Notes: generated by a model from the sequence alone, not told the origin. 64,000 nt of DNA from a candidate division FCPU426 bacterium (GCA_963830915.1 CAWHOE010000051.1:1-64000), one strand, 5' to 3'; counted from the first letter of the stretch, positions 48,880 through 61,004 are shown. Made by a program: numbers and translations.

Positions 48880-50317
48880 CCTGGCCCGAAATAAGGCCCG
48901 ATTCTCTCGAAACACTTTTTATTATGGTATCGCCTTCGTTTCCCTGATCGTTTTGATCTCGAACATTCCAACCGCTTACCAACGTTTGACCTGCGCCTTT
49001 CAAGTTCAACAGGAAGAAGCTGTTAACCTTGAATTCGGCCGAGTCCTTTTAGAAAAGGGGACCCTTTACCGCGATATCCGCCAAGAGGGGCCCTATCTCC
49101 ACCCTTATCCTTTTCTTTATCCTTATTACCTATCGGTTTGTATGAGACTCATCCCGGGACTTTGGCTGCCTGGCCGTTTGCCCGCCTTTTTGGCTTTTGG
49201 AGCCTGTGGTCTGTGCCTGGCCTTTTGGGGATGGAAACGGTGGGGGCCGTCGATCACGCTGGCCCTCCTGGGTTTGTTCTTTCTCTCGCCCACTTGGTTC
49301 TCTTGGAGCACCATGGCTCGGATGGACAGCCTCCTGGTCTTGATCGATCTCGTCGCGTTCTTGACCCTGTACAGGAAGTATCCGGAGGGTGGGAAAAATA
49401 ATAAGGACACTGAGCTGAGATCCTGGATGCTCGCCGGGCTTCTCAATTCACTGGGGCTTATGATGAAGTTCAGCGCTTGCATCTTTACTCTGACGGCCTT
49501 GACCTTCGCGCTTAAAAACCGGAAATGGAAACAAGCTGGTGTTTTTCTCTTGGCCGTTCTCATTCCCACGGCCCTTACAACCGCCTATTGGCAATGGGTA
49601 AGCCATGGCGCGTATGGCTTGTTGTTGAAATGGCAGGCTGGCGACCTTCACTTGACCTTTCTCTGGTCCATGTTGAGCACATCCTTTATGAGGGAATGCG
49701 GATGGTTAGTACTGGCGCTATTGCCCTTTCTTATCATCGGGTCTATTCCTTTGATGTTGAGGCTCCAAGTTATTTTCTCGGTCTTGTGGTTTTTGTTGGC
49801 GGCCTGCGAAGCCACCTCGGCCGAAAATCACTATATGGAATTCTTGGTCTTCGGTTTATTCGCTTTAGGCGAGGGGTTGGCTAAAAAAAGGATCCCCCTA
49901 CCTCAATGGAACAGGGCGGTGATGGCCCTTCTGGCAGTCGGGTTAGTGATGTATACCCTCGCGCCCCGGCCTGTCCTGCCATCCCCGGAAGAGATAAAGG
50001 CAAAAACACAAATGCTCTCCCTTTATGACAAGGCGGGTGATTATTTCGCCATTGACTCGGATCTGCCCTACATGGCGGGAAAAAGGATCTGGTACCAATA
50101 TTCCGGGCTCATGAACATCTACCTCGCGGGTTTATGGAGTCCCGACGCGTTGATAAGGGATGTTCGGGCAAAAAAATTCATTTCCGCTGAAGTTTATGAC
50201 AAGAATAATCCCGTTCCGAAGCCGGTGTTGGAGGCATTGGAAGATAATTACCAAACCACGGTTACGGCTTATGGACGAAAATGGTATGTCCCCCGCGTGA
50301 CGTCCGAGAAAAAGTGA
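48872..50317 (+). CDS. Polytopic membrane protein, possible GT-C (ArnT/PMT-like) glycosyltransferase
   Basis: Many TM helices; YPFLYPY, GR, ARMDSL and MKFS motifs. Confidence 0.6.
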   Translation: MDNLARNKARFSRNTFYYGIAFVSLIVLISNIPTAYQRLTCAFQVQQEEAVNLEFGRVLLEKGTLYRDIRQEGPYLHPYPFLYPYYLSVCMRLIPGLWLPGRLPAFLAFGACGLCLAFWGWKRWGPSITLALLGLFFLSPTWFSWSTMARMDSLLVLIDLVAFLTLYRKYPEGGKNNKDTELRSWMLAGLLNSLGLMMKFSACIFTLTALTFALKNRKWKQAGVFLLAVLIPTALTTAYWQWVSHGAYGLLLKWQAGDLHLTFLWSMLSTSFMRECGWLVLALLPFLIIGSIPLMLRLQVIFSVLWFLLAACEATSAENHYMEFLVFGLFALGEGLAKKRIPLPQWNRAVMALLAVGLVMYTLAPRPVLPSPEEIKAKTQMLSLYDKAGDYFAIDSDLPYMAGKRIWYQYSGLMNIYLAGLWSPDALIRDVRAKKFISAEVYDKNNPVPKPVLEALEDNYQTTVTAYGRKWYVPRVTSEKK

Positions 50318-50422
50318 TAGGATATTGGTCGAATCATCTGACAAATCGCATTTTGGGTTTGAATTCACGTAATCATGTCTGCACAATAAGTGTTTCTTAA
50401 GCCTTTCTTCCAAAGGATCTCG

Positions 50423-52876
50423 ATGCCGACCGCCCTAGTCATTCATGGCCATTTCTACCAACCGCCCCGGGAAAATCCCTGGACGGGCGTCATTGACGAC
50501 CAGCCCAGCGCCCAGCCTTTTCCCAACTGGAACGACAGGGTTTATTACGAGTGTTACCGCCCCAATGCTTTCGCTCGGGTATTCGACCTGCGAAGCGGCC
50601 GTATCGAGAGTATCACCAACAATTACGAGTACCTCAGCTTTAACCTTGGGCCGACCCTTCTTTCTTGGATGGAAAAATACCATCCCAATACCTATCCCTT
50701 GATCCTGGAAGCGGATAAGACCAGCGCCAAGCGAAACAACGGCCATGGGAACGCCATCGCGCAAGGCTATAACCACGCCATCCTGCCTCTTTGTAACGAG
50801 GCGGACCGGATCACCCAGGTGAAATGGGGTATCGCCGATTTCAAGTACCGCTTTGAGAGGAACCCGGAATCCCTCTGGCTTCCCGAGACCGCCTGTAACG
50901 ACGCCACGATGTCGGTCTTGATCGATGAGGGTTTGAAGTATGTCATCCTGTCACCCGACCAAGCCGAACGGGTTCGCCCCATCACGGGCGGGGATTGGCA
51001 TGACGTTTCCAACGGGAGCATCGACCCGGGCGTGGCTTACCGATACTTCCACCGGGACGGGTCCAAGCGGTTCATTGATGTCTTCTTTTATGACATGAAC
51101 ATCGCCAAAAGCATCGCTTTCGAAGGGGCTTTGATCACCAGCCAGGCCCTATTGGAGCGGATCGCACGGGCGGGCGGCGGGGATGGCCGGATCGTCCATG
51201 CCGCGACCGATGGGGAATCCTACGGTCACCACACCAAGTTCGGGGACCGAAGCCTGGCTTACGCCCTGGAAGTGGAAGCCGCCAACCGCAACTACTGGGT
51301 CACCAATTACGGCGCCTATCTTGAGAAATTCCCGCCCAACCATGAAGTGGAGATCAAGCCGGGCCCGGATGGATTCGGGACTTCCTGGAGTTGCGCCCAC
51401 GGGGTGGGCCGTTGGTACCGGGATTGCGGATGCCAGACGGGAGGCCGGGAAGGCTGGAACCAGGCCTGGCGTGGACCCTTGCGGCAAGCCTTTGATTTCG
51501 TGCGCGACACCGTGAACCTTTATTTCGAGGTGGAGCGGGGGAAACTGTTCAAAGACCCCTGGGCCGCCCGGAACGATTATGTTCAATTGCTCCTGGACCC
51601 ATCGGCCTCACGGGAAGAATTCCTAGCCAAACAAGCCGGGCGGACCTTGAATGAGACGGAACAGATCAGGGCCTTGACCCAGTTGGAGATACAGCGCAAC
51701 TCCATGCTCATGTACACCAGCTGCGGGTGGTTCTTCACGGAGATCACCGGCATCGAGACGGTCCAGATCCTGAGATACGCCGCCCGAGTGTTCGATCTTT
51801 TGGAGACCTTGGGTTATCCCTCGCCTGAAAAACAATTCTTGGAGATCCTTTCCAAAGCCAAGAGCAATGTCACTGAATATGGCACAGGGGCGGATGTTTA
51901 TATGCGTTTCGCCAAGACCTGCCGGGTGACGCCCCAGGGCGTGGTGGCCCATCTGGCCATTTCCAGCCTGGTGAACCATACCCCGGTGAAAGGGGAAGCG
52001 GGCGGTTTTTATTTCGAGATGATGGATGCCCGCAAGGAAGAACATGGCCGTTATACCTTGATGACGGGTCATATCCATCTCCAGGATAAAATGAGCCGGC
52101 AAAGTTACCATTATTCTTTCGGCGGATTGCATCTGGGAGGCATCGACTTTTACGGGGCCATCCGGCCTTTTGTCGAGGGTAAGGACTTCAAAAAGACCGC
52201 GGAGAAACTCTGGGAACAATTCTATATCGTCTCCCTCCCCAAATTGCTCCGCTTGATGCAGGAGGAATTCGGCCCGGAGGAATTCGGGGTGGAACAGCTG
52301 CTTCCCGAGTCACGGCAGAAGATATTCCAGGAAGTGTTCGGTACCCTGGTGGACCGTTTTTCCGAGCAATACGTCCGTCTTTATGAGGACAACCGGCGCA
52401 ACCTGGAGATGCTCCAAACCGCCGGCTTTGAACTGCCCAAGGAGATCCGGGCGGCGGCCGAGTTCACGTTCGGGAAACTCTTCGAGGAAGAGATCCAGAA
52501 AAAGGAATGGTTTAAGGACCCCCTGGCCTATAAGAACCTGATCAGCCTGGCCGATGAGGTCACCCAACACGGTTATCACATCGACCGTTTCGTGGCAGAG
52601 CATACCTTCCGCAACTTGATCACTGAAATAGTCGAGTTCGCCGTGGAAAAGCCCAATGAGGACAATATCCGGGCGGCCAAGGCGGTCGTGCATCTGACCA
52701 AGAAACTGGGTTTGGACTATAATCTTTACCTGGCCCAGGAAGCGGTTTTCCAGGCCGCCGAGAAGTCCCAGGAATTCGAGAAATTGACCGAGCTATCGGA
52801 TCTTTTGGACCTGAGGACCGATCTACTGCTTGTGAAAAACAAAGAGATGAAAAAGAATCTGCGCCCAACGGCGTGA
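50423..52876 (+). CDS. GH57-family glycoside hydrolase / DUF3536 protein
   Basis: IHGHFYQPPRENPW, WLPETA, TDGESYGHH, SWSCAHGVGRW, MYTSCGWFF. Confidence 0.92.
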   Translation: MPTALVIHGHFYQPPRENPWTGVIDDQPSAQPFPNWNDRVYYECYRPNAFARVFDLRSGRIESITNNYEYLSFNLGPTLLSWMEKYHPNTYPLILEADKTSAKRNNGHGNAIAQGYNHAILPLCNEADRITQVKWGIADFKYRFERNPESLWLPETACNDATMSVLIDEGLKYVILSPDQAERVRPITGGDWHDVSNGSIDPGVAYRYFHRDGSKRFIDVFFYDMNIAKSIAFEGALITSQALLERIARAGGGDGRIVHAATDGESYGHHTKFGDRSLAYALEVEAANRNYWVTNYGAYLEKFPPNHEVEIKPGPDGFGTSWSCAHGVGRWYRDCGCQTGGREGWNQAWRGPLRQAFDFVRDTVNLYFEVERGKLFKDPWAARNDYVQLLLDPSASREEFLAKQAGRTLNETEQIRALTQLEIQRNSMLMYTSCGWFFTEITGIETVQILRYAARVFDLLETLGYPSPEKQFLEILSKAKSNVTEYGTGADVYMRFAKTCRVTPQGVVAHLAISSLVNHTPVKGEAGGFYFEMMDARKEEHGRYTLMTGHIHLQDKMSRQSYHYSFGGLHLGGIDFYGAIRPFVEGKDFKKTAEKLWEQFYIVSLPKLLRLMQEEFGPEEFGVEQLLPESRQKIFQEVFGTLVDRFSEQYVRLYEDNRRNLEMLQTAGFELPKEIRAAAEFTFGKLFEEEIQKKEWFKDPLAYKNLISLADEVTQHGYHIDRFVAEHTFRNLITEIVEFAVEKPNEDNIRAAKAVVHLTKKLGLDYNLYLAQEAVFQAAEKSQEFEKLTELSDLLDLRTDLLLVKNKEMKKNLRPTA

Positions 52877-52888
52877 AAGTAGGATCCC

Positions 52889-55108
52889 TTGGCGCCCCGT
52901 AAACCCAAAACAACCGCCTCGACCAAAAGGAAGGCCGCGCAAATACCGGAAGCCGGTCCCTTATTGAGCCTATCCCACCGTGATCCTCACGCCTTTCTGG
53001 GGATACATCCTCAAAAAGATGGGATCAAAGTGAGGATCTATCTGCCGGAAGCTAAGTCGGTCTCTATCCTCCTCAAGAAAAAGAAAGTTTTACTGGACCA
53101 AGTGGATGCCCGTGGGCTTTTTGAGGTCTTGCTGCCGGGGTTGAAAGAGCTTCCGCCTTACCAGGTTCGCGTGGAATACGCTGGGGATAAATCCTTCGAA
53201 TATTGGGATCCCTACGCCTTTTGGCCAACCCTGGGAGAATTGGACCTTTATCTCTTAGGGGAAGGTAATCACGAGAGACTGCACGAAAAACTAGGAGCCC
53301 ATTTTCTCAAACATCAGGAAGTGGAAGGGGTCTCATTCTCCGTTTGGGCACCGGGCGCCAAAAGTGTCAGTGTGGTGGGGGATTTCAACGGCTGGGACGG
53401 GCGCCTGCACATGATGCGTTGCCTGGGTAACTCAGGGATCTGGGAGATATTCATCCCGGGGTTGGAACAGGGGACCAATTATAAGTTCGAGATCAGGTCC
53501 GATAATGGGGGTTTGAAGCTCAAGGCCGACCCATACGCGTTCGCCACAGAAAAACCACCCTTGACCGCGTCCAGGATCTACAAATCCCATTATCAATTCA
53601 AAGACCAAACCTGGATGGAGAACCGTGCCAAGGGCGACCCCATCAAAAAGCCCATGTCCATCTACGAGGTCCATCTTGAATCCTGGCGAAAGGTTCCAGA
53701 GGACGGGGATCGATCCCTGACCTATCAGGAGATGGCGGTCCAATTGGGAGATTACATGAAGGAAATGGGTTTCACCCACGTGGAATTCATGCCCGTCATG
53801 GAGCATCCTTTTGGGGGTTCCTGGGGTTATCAAGTCTCCTCTTACTTCGCCCCAACCTCCCGCTTTGGCGAACCGGATGATTTCAAGTTCCTGGTGGACC
53901 ATCTCCATCAACTGGGTATCGGCGTCATCCTGGATTGGGTCCCTGCCCATTTTCCCAAGGATGATTTCGCGTTAGGACGTTTTGATGGGACGGGATTATA
54001 CGAGCATATCGACCCTCGCCAAGGAGAACACCCTGACTGGGGTACCTACGTTTTCAATTTTGGGCGCAATGAGGTCCGGAACTTTCTCATCTCCAACGCT
54101 CTGTTTTGGTTATCCGAATACCATGTGGACGGTTTGCGGCTGGACGCCGTGGCTTCCATGCTTTACCTGGACTACAGCCGGGAAGCGGGGGAATGGGTAC
54201 CGAATAAGTATGGAGGTAATGAGAACCTGGAGGCTATTTCCTTCCTGCGTCGACTCAATGAACTGGTTTACGCCCACCATCCCGGGGCATTGATGATCGC
54301 CGAGGAATCCACCGCCTGGCCCGCGGTCAGCCGCCCGACCTACTCGGGAGGTTTAGGGTTCGGGTTCAAGTGGAACATGGGATGGATGCACGACACCCTT
54401 TTCTATTTCAGCCGGGACCCCATCTACCGCCGATTCAACCACAATAACCTGACCTTCGGTTTCCTGTACGCCTGGAGCGAGAATTTCATCCTTCCCATCT
54501 CTCATGACGAGGTGGTGCACGGGAAATGTTCCTTGATCGACAAGATGCCGGGGGATCGTTGGCAGAAGTTCGCCGGTTTGCGCTCCCTTTTCGGCTATAT
54601 GTGGGCCCATCCCGGCAAGAAGCTCCTTTTTATGGGCAGCGAATTCGCCCAGTTTTTCGAGTGGAATCATGACCGTAGTCTGGATTGGCATCTGACCCAA
54701 TGGGCGGACCACTGGCGGATCCAGGATTATGTCAAAGACTTAAACCGGATCTATCAGGAGAACCCGGCGTTGTGGGAAGCGGACGTGGACCCGGTCGGTT
54801 TTCAATGGGTCGACGCCAATAACGCCGATGAGAATGTCGTGGCGTTCCTGAGAAGGTCGCCTTCGACGGGGAGACAAGTGCTCTGTGTGGGGAATTTTTC
54901 ACCGGTGATGCGGACTGGTTATCGGGTGGGGCTGCCTAAATGGGGTTATTACAAGGAGATCCTGAACTCCGACTCGAGCCTTTATGGAGGCAGTAATTTC
55001 GGCAACGGCGGGGGCATCCACGCGGAGAATATTCCCTGCCATAACCAACCTTTTTCAGCCATAGTGGCCCTTCCTCCATTGGCGACATTGTGGTTCGAAG
55101 CGCCCTGA
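52889..55108 (+). CDS. glgB: 1,4-alpha-glucan branching enzyme
   Basis: FSVWAP, GSWGYQ, DWVPAHFP, RLDAVASM, AEEST, SHDEVVHGK. Confidence 0.97.
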   Translation: MAPRKPKTTASTKRKAAQIPEAGPLLSLSHRDPHAFLGIHPQKDGIKVRIYLPEAKSVSILLKKKKVLLDQVDARGLFEVLLPGLKELPPYQVRVEYAGDKSFEYWDPYAFWPTLGELDLYLLGEGNHERLHEKLGAHFLKHQEVEGVSFSVWAPGAKSVSVVGDFNGWDGRLHMMRCLGNSGIWEIFIPGLEQGTNYKFEIRSDNGGLKLKADPYAFATEKPPLTASRIYKSHYQFKDQTWMENRAKGDPIKKPMSIYEVHLESWRKVPEDGDRSLTYQEMAVQLGDYMKEMGFTHVEFMPVMEHPFGGSWGYQVSSYFAPTSRFGEPDDFKFLVDHLHQLGIGVILDWVPAHFPKDDFALGRFDGTGLYEHIDPRQGEHPDWGTYVFNFGRNEVRNFLISNALFWLSEYHVDGLRLDAVASMLYLDYSREAGEWVPNKYGGNENLEAISFLRRLNELVYAHHPGALMIAEESTAWPAVSRPTYSGGLGFGFKWNMGWMHDTLFYFSRDPIYRRFNHNNLTFGFLYAWSENFILPISHDEVVHGKCSLIDKMPGDRWQKFAGLRSLFGYMWAHPGKKLLFMGSEFAQFFEWNHDRSLDWHLTQWADHWRIQDYVKDLNRIYQENPALWEADVDPVGFQWVDANNADENVVAFLRRSPSTGRQVLCVGNFSPVMRTGYRVGLPKWGYYKEILNSDSSLYGGSNFGNGGGIHAENIPCHNQPFSAIVALPPLATLWFEAP

Positions 55109-55203
55109 ACGGCCCAAAATCCCTAAAGTTGCGAGTTGCGGGTCTTTTGGTGGCCAACCTATAATATCGTTTTGGTTTTATACCTTCTTAAATTAAGGAC
55201 GTC

Positions 55204-56055
55204 ATGAAAGCGAAACCGCATCATTCGGTAAATAAAAATACCGTTAAGGTCCATAAGGGCTTGTCGGCATGGGAAAGGGTCCAGCTGGCCAGGAATCCCC
55301 AACGACCCTACGTGACCGATTATATGCCTTTGGTTTTTGGGGAATTCCTCGAGATCCATGGGGACCGGACTTTCAGCGACGACCCTGCCACGATCGCGGG
55401 TTTTACCACTTTGGATGACCAGCCGGTGATGGTATTCGGTCAACGCCGCGGGCATGACACGAAGGAGAATATCCAACGGAATTTCGGGATGTCCCATCCG
55501 GAAGGCTACCGTAAGGCCCTTCGTCTATTTAAAATGGCGGAGAAATTCAAGAAACCCATCATCACTTTTGTGGATACCTCCGGGGCCTATCCCGGCCTGG
55601 GCGCTGAGGAAAGAGGTCAGGCGGAGGCCATCGCCAGGAACCTTTTGGAAATGGCCAAATTGTGCGTTCCGGTCATCACGGTCATCTTGGGTGAGGGCGG
55701 GAGCGGGGGAGCCATCGGTATCGCAGTTTCGAACAAGGTCTTGATGCTGGAAAACGCCGTGTATTCGGTCATCTCGCCCGAGGGATGCGCCGCTATCCTA
55801 TGGAATGACAGGGAAAAGATCCAACAGGCGGCGGAAGTCTTGAAATTGACAGCGGTGGATCTTCTTCGTTTAAAGATCATCGATGAGATCATTCCCGAGC
55901 CTGTTGGAGGGGCCCATACCGATTATGAGGCGACCGCGAAAGAATTGAAAAAGTGTCTTGTCAAGGTCTTGAAACCGCTCTTGAAATTATCGCCTTCCGC
56001 CTTGAAAGACCAGCGTTATGGGAAGTTCCGGGCCATGGGAGTCTTCAAAGACTAG
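55204..56055 (+). CDS. accA: Acetyl-CoA carboxylase carboxyltransferase alpha subunit
   Basis: NFGMSHPEGYRKALR, AEERGQ, GEGGSGGA, SVISPEGCA. Confidence 0.96.
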   Translation: MKAKPHHSVNKNTVKVHKGLSAWERVQLARNPQRPYVTDYMPLVFGEFLEIHGDRTFSDDPATIAGFTTLDDQPVMVFGQRRGHDTKENIQRNFGMSHPEGYRKALRLFKMAEKFKKPIITFVDTSGAYPGLGAEERGQAEAIARNLLEMAKLCVPVITVILGEGGSGGAIGIAVSNKVLMLENAVYSVISPEGCAAILWNDREKIQQAAEVLKLTAVDLLRLKIIDEIIPEPVGGAHTDYEATAKELKKCLVKVLKPLLKLSPSALKDQRYGKFRAMGVFKD

Positions 56056-56111
56056 TGGTGCCATCCATCCGCCGAATATCATCCCCGCAACATGAACCGA
56101 GGACTTTTTTC

Positions 56112-56870
56112 ATGAAACCGAAGAAGATCTCTTTAAGTATCCCCGCCTTGCTGACCCTTTGGGTCCTCGTGTTCACGGTCGGTCTTCCGCGGGTTTGGGC
56201 AAAGCCGCGGATCGTTCTGTACGCGGCACATGGAGGGTCGGATTCCGGGGTCAAGGCCGGTTCGGAAGTCGAAAAAGAATGGAATTTGAAGGTCGCCAAA
56301 AGCCTCCAGCAAACCTTCGAATCGGCGGGTTTTGAGGTTGTCATGGTCCGGAAGAAAGATGAGGCCCTATCGACCGAGACCTGGACGAACCTGGGCAACA
56401 CTTCCGACGCGTTACTGGCCATCGTGATCCACTCGGAAAGGGATTGGACTGGGCGTATGACCGGTCCCCTATTCGTAGTGGAGCCTCCCACCCGGACGGA
56501 TAATTCCGATAATCAGGATATCCAAAGGTGGGGGGTGACTTCACTGGCGCAATATCACGCCAGTTTGAGGCTCGCGAAGGCCATAGCGAGCAAGCTGGGA
56601 GTTGGTGGTGAATTGTCGAACCTATCCGACAGCCGGGGAATAACGGGCGAAATGATTTCGCCCGAAGGAAGGATATGGTGCATGCCCCATCAGGACCTGA
56701 GGTTTTTGACCATCCCCTCGATCGTCCTTACCCCTCTTTTCTTGACATCGTCCGCCGACCTGAAGAAATATTCCACGAACGACGGACTCCAAGCCTTCGC
56801 CAATGGGACGGTTCAGGGGACCATGGATTTCCTCCAAATGCCGACCCCTGTTCCGACGGTGGGCCGATGA
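56112..56870 (+). CDS. N-acetylmuramoyl-L-alanine amidase (Amidase_3)-like, divergent
   Basis: Signal peptide, AHGGSDSG, EKEWNL, VIHS; upstream of GerMN. Confidence 0.7.
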   Translation: MKPKKISLSIPALLTLWVLVFTVGLPRVWAKPRIVLYAAHGGSDSGVKAGSEVEKEWNLKVAKSLQQTFESAGFEVVMVRKKDEALSTETWTNLGNTSDALLAIVIHSERDWTGRMTGPLFVVEPPTRTDNSDNQDIQRWGVTSLAQYHASLRLAKAIASKLGVGGELSNLSDSRGITGEMISPEGRIWCMPHQDLRFLTIPSIVLTPLFLTSSADLKKYSTNDGLQAFANGTVQGTMDFLQMPTPVPTVGR

Positions 56871-57469
56871 GAAAAATAAATTTTCCATGGAAAACAACGA
56901 TTGTGATCGCTGTTTTTTTGGTTCTGGTGATCCTTGGTTTGTGGAAACACAACCAAGGGAATCCTCTCAAATCCGAAACGGGACACGGCTTATCTTCGGC
57001 CCCGCTTTTTGAGGCTCATGACCGTTCGGTCTCTATCCTGATAAAAACAATGGAAATGTCGACCGGTAAACCGGTCAATGTCCCGGCCTCGATCCGTCAG
57101 AGCAAAAGCCGGTACAACCAGATGAAACAGGCGGTCCTGGCTTTTTTGGACGGCCCGCGAAAAGGGAAATTCCAAGTCCCGGTCCCGGAAGGGATGGCTT
57201 TGAATGAATTCTATCTGACCCCGGAAGGAACGGCGGTGGTGGATCTTTCGATGACATCGGTCAATCGATCGACCTTTGGATTCGTCGAGGAAGCGCTATT
57301 CGTGAAAGGTTTGATCGAGGTATTGAGCAAGAATTTTTTTGAGGTCAAAATGGTGAAGATCCTTGTGGATGGGCAAGACGCTCCTACCCTGGCGGGGCAT
57401 TACGCGCTGGGGACTTCGGACCCGGCGGCATCGACCGCTTTAGGCGCTTATGGCGGGCCAACCGACTAA
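56867..57469 (+). CDS. GerMN domain protein
   Basis: TM anchor, LDGP, AVVDLS, VKILVDG...TLAGH. Confidence 0.85.
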   Translation: MRKINFPWKTTIVIAVFLVLVILGLWKHNQGNPLKSETGHGLSSAPLFEAHDRSVSILIKTMEMSTGKPVNVPASIRQSKSRYNQMKQAVLAFLDGPRKGKFQVPVPEGMALNEFYLTPEGTAVVDLSMTSVNRSTFGFVEEALFVKGLIEVLSKNFFEVKMVKILVDGQDAPTLAGHYALGTSDPAASTALGAYGGPTD

Positions 57470-57491
57470 ACTTCTTTATAAAGAGAGAACC

Positions 57492-60155
57492 ATGGTTAAT
57501 GATCCAAAAACGGAGTTACCTCCGGCTTATGAACCGTCCGAGGTGGAAAAAAGATGGTATGGGAAATGGGAAGAAGCGGGATTGTTCAAAGCGTCCGTGG
57601 AGTATTCCAAACCGCCCTTTTGTATGGTCATTCCGCCCCCTAATGTGACCGGAAGCCTGCATATCGGCCACGCTCTCAATAACACCCTTCAAGACCTGAT
57701 CGCCCGTTTCAAACGCATGAGAGGTTTCAATGTTCTATGGCTTCCGGGGTGTGATCACGCCGGTATCGCCACGCAGAATGTGGTTGAGAGGGAGCTGAAA
57801 AAGGAAGGAAAAACCCGGCATGACCTGGGCCGGGAAGAATTTTTAAAGCGGGTATGGGATTGGAAGAATAAGTATGGCGCCACCATCATGGGCCAATTGC
57901 GAAAGTTGGGATGCTCGTTGGATTGGTCCCGCGAACGATTCACGATGGACGAGGGCTTGTCCAAAGCGGTCCAAAAGGTATTCATCGATCTCTACAACGA
58001 GAAGCTCATCTATCAGGACTATTATTTGATCAGCTGGTGTCCCCGATGCCAGACCGCCCTTTCCGATATTGAGGTCGAACACAAGACTACCCAGGGGAAT
58101 TTCTACCACATCCGTTATCCCTTCGCTCACGACCCGGCCAATGGGTTGGAAGTGGCCACCACCAGGCCGGAAACCCTCTTGGGGGATACGGCGGTCGCGG
58201 TGCATCCGGAGGACGAACGCTATTCAGGCTTGCAGGGGAAATCGGTGATCCTGCCCCTTGTCCAAAAACCCATCCCCATCATCCGGGATGAGTATGTCGA
58301 CCGCCAATTCGGCACGGGAGTGGTCAAGATCACCCCGGCCCATGATTTCAATGACTTCCAGGTTGGGAACAGGCACCAGCTGCCAAGGGTCAATATCCTC
58401 AATCCGGACGGGACCTTGAATGAGAATGCGGGCAATTACAAGGGAATGCCGGTATTGGCCGCCCGCAAGAAAGTCGTTGAGGACCTGGAAGCTCTTGGAC
58501 TTTTACTGAAAGTGGAACCTCATGAGCACAATGTGGGCCATTGCTCCCGGTGCGGGACGGTGGTTGAGCCCTACTATTCCAAGCAATGGTTCGTCAAAAT
58601 GAAACCCCTGGCCCTAGAGGCGCTTAAAGCCGTGGACGAGGGAAAGACAAAGTTCGTGCCGGAGGCTTGGCGGGGGGAATTCGAAAAGTGGTTGTTGAAT
58701 ATCCATGATTGGTGTATCAGCCGACAGCTTTGGTGGGGCCATCGTATCCCTGTTTACACCTGCGCCGAATGCGGTACCCAAACAGCTTCCACTGAAATGC
58801 CATTGGATTGCCCAAAAGGTCACAAAGGCCGGATGGAACAGGACCCGGATGTCTTGGATACCTGGTTTTCCTCGGGGCTTTGGCCTTTTTCCACATTGGG
58901 TTGGCCGGAAAAGACCAAGGACTTGGAACTCTTTTATCCAACATCGGTCTTGGTGACTTCCTGGGATATCATTTTCTTCTGGGTGGCCAGGATGATGATG
59001 ATGGGTTTGAAATTCATGGGGGAAGTGCCTTTCTCCGAGGTCTACATGTACTCCCTGGTGGCGGATGCTGAGGGGAAGAAAATGAGCAAGTCCAAGGGGA
59101 ATGTGGTGGACCCATTGGACCTCATCGATCAATTCGGAACGGACGCCCTCCGCTTCACTTTGACCTCGATCGAGACCAAACAGCGCTATGTGGCCTTGAC
59201 CCCGCAAAAGCTAGAGTCGTGCCGAAATTTCGTGAATAAACTTTACAACGCCACCCGCTTTGTCTTGATGACATTGCCGGAGGGCGAAACGATCGAGCCG
59301 TTATCGAAGGTCGATCATGCAAAATTGAAGCTGGAAGATCGATGGATTCTGACCAGGCTTTCCCAGGTGACGGAGGAAGTCACTCAGGATTACGAGACCT
59401 ATCGGGTGGCCGAATTATCCCAAACCCTCTATCGATTCCTATGGAACGAGTTTTGCGACTGGTATCTGGAATGCATCAAGCCCCGTCTTTATTCCAAGGA
59501 TAATGAAGAGGAAAGAAAACTAGCGGCTTCGGTGGTCCTGGAGGTTCTGGATGGCCTTTTAAGGCTCCTCCATCCGGTTTTGCCCTTTGTGACGGAGGAG
59601 TTGTGGCATAAGCTTCCGGGAAGAGGAACGTTCATCATGCGATCACCCTGGCCCAAACCAGGGGATTATCCCGTGAATACTGAAGCCGTCAAAAGTTTCG
59701 AATTGCTTCAGGAAATAGTCACGGCTATTCGCACATGTCGAAGTGAAATATCTTTTCCGCCAGCAAATAAAGTTAACGTCGCTATCTTAGGGGATGAAAA
59801 TTTACATCAATCGTTATTTAAATTCCAAGACTTGGTTAAATCACTTGCGAAAGTCGAGGGAATGGGGCCGACCGCTTCTTCTCCTTTGAAACCTGCCGCT
59901 GTTTATCCCATTGCGAATGGTGAAATATATGTTCTTTTGGAAGGGTATGTTGACTTGAACAAAGAATCGGTCAAGAAAAAGTCGGAGATCGAAAAATTGG
60001 AAAAGTACATTCAAACCACCCAAATGAAATTATCAAACCAAGAGTTCGTGAAAAAAGCCCCGGCGGGAATGGTCGAAGCGGAAAAAACGAAGATCAGGGA
60101 ATCCGAGAACAAGATATCCCACATAAGACGCAATTTGAAATCCATGGGAGTGTGA
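57492..60155 (+). CDS. valS: Valine--tRNA ligase
   Basis: [30 protein letters not shown]. Confidence 0.98.
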   Translation: MVNDPKTELPPAYEPSEVEKRWYGKWEEAGLFKASVEYSKPPFCMVIPPPNVTGSLHIGHALNNTLQDLIARFKRMRGFNVLWLPGCDHAGIATQNVVERELKKEGKTRHDLGREEFLKRVWDWKNKYGATIMGQLRKLGCSLDWSRERFTMDEGLSKAVQKVFIDLYNEKLIYQDYYLISWCPRCQTALSDIEVEHKTTQGNFYHIRYPFAHDPANGLEVATTRPETLLGDTAVAVHPEDERYSGLQGKSVILPLVQKPIPIIRDEYVDRQFGTGVVKITPAHDFNDFQVGNRHQLPRVNILNPDGTLNENAGNYKGMPVLAARKKVVEDLEALGLLLKVEPHEHNVGHCSRCGTVVEPYYSKQWFVKMKPLALEALKAVDEGKTKFVPEAWRGEFEKWLLNIHDWCISRQLWWGHRIPVYTCAECGTQTASTEMPLDCPKGHKGRMEQDPDVLDTWFSSGLWPFSTLGWPEKTKDLELFYPTSVLVTSWDIIFFWVARMMMMGLKFMGEVPFSEVYMYSLVADAEGKKMSKSKGNVVDPLDLIDQFGTDALRFTLTSIETKQRYVALTPQKLESCRNFVNKLYNATRFVLMTLPEGETIEPLSKVDHAKLKLEDRWILTRLSQVTEEVTQDYETYRVAELSQTLYRFLWNEFCDWYLECIKPRLYSKDNEEERKLAASVVLEVLDGLLRLLHPVLPFVTEELWHKLPGRGTFIMRSPWPKPGDYPVNTEAVKSFELLQEIVTAIRTCRSEISFPPANKVNVAILGDENLHQSLFKFQDLVKSLAKVEGMGPTASSPLKPAAVYPIANGEIYVLLEGYVDLNKESVKKKSEIEKLEKYIQTTQMKLSNQEFVKKAPAGMVEAEKTKIRESENKISHIRRNLKSMGV

Positions 60156-60161
60156 TCGGTT

Positions 60162-61004
60162 ATGGGACGTCCATTGGATCTTAAGAATATCCGGCCTTTA
60201 TTGATCGCCTCCCTACGCGAAGATGGCGCTTGGGAAGACAGGACAACAAAAGCGGTAATCCCTCCCAGTTTGATAGCGAAAGGGGAAGTGGTCGCTAAAT
60301 CCCCCGGCATCTTGGCCGGTTTTCCGGTCATGGCGGAGGTTTTTAGAATCCTCGATAAAAAGTGTCGATTAATCCCGCTCGTCAAGGAAGGGCAAAAAGT
60401 TCATCCCGGTCAACGAGTGGCTTGGTTGAAAGGGCCTGCTCGCGGTCTTCTGTCGGGTGAAAGGGTGGCGTTGAACCTAATGAGTAGACTATCGGGGATC
60501 GCTACCTTGACCCGGAAAATGCGGCAAGCGTTAGGGAGCCCACGCCTATTTGACACTCGCAAAACGACTCCTCTTTGGAGGGCACTGGAACGGTACGCGG
60601 TCAAAGTGGGAGGGGGACGGAATCATCGATTCAACCTGTCGGGTCATGTACTCTTGAAAGACAATCATCTAAAACTCGGCGGCGGAGTTTTCAATACAGT
60701 GACCGCCGCCCGGAATAAATACGGGGCGGGGGAGACCATCGAGGTGGAAATCGAGACTTTTGAAGAAGCTTCCGAAGCCCTTCGTGCCGGCGCCGATATC
60801 ATCTTGATCGATAACGCCGCTCCAGCCCTGTTCCGTAAGATCCATCGATTATTGAAAGGTAAGGTGGTTTTGGAAACGTCAGGAGGGATCGACCTCCGTA
60901 ACATTCGAAAACGGTCTGGGTGGCCAGTTGACCGTTATTCTTCCGGATCACTGACCCATTCCGCTCCCGCCATTGATTTTTCGATCGAGCTTTTCCCGCT
61001 TTGA
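60162..61004 (+). CDS. nadC: Quinolinate phosphoribosyltransferase
   Basis: DTRKTTP, NHRFNL, LKDNH, ETSGGI. Confidence 0.95.
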   Translation: MGRPLDLKNIRPLLIASLREDGAWEDRTTKAVIPPSLIAKGEVVAKSPGILAGFPVMAEVFRILDKKCRLIPLVKEGQKVHPGQRVAWLKGPARGLLSGERVALNLMSRLSGIATLTRKMRQALGSPRLFDTRKTTPLWRALERYAVKVGGGRNHRFNLSGHVLLKDNHLKLGGGVFNTVTAARNKYGAGETIEVEIETFEEASEALRAGADIILIDNAAPALFRKIHRLLKGKVVLETSGGIDLRNIRKRSGWPVDRYSSGSLTHSAPAIDFSIELFPL

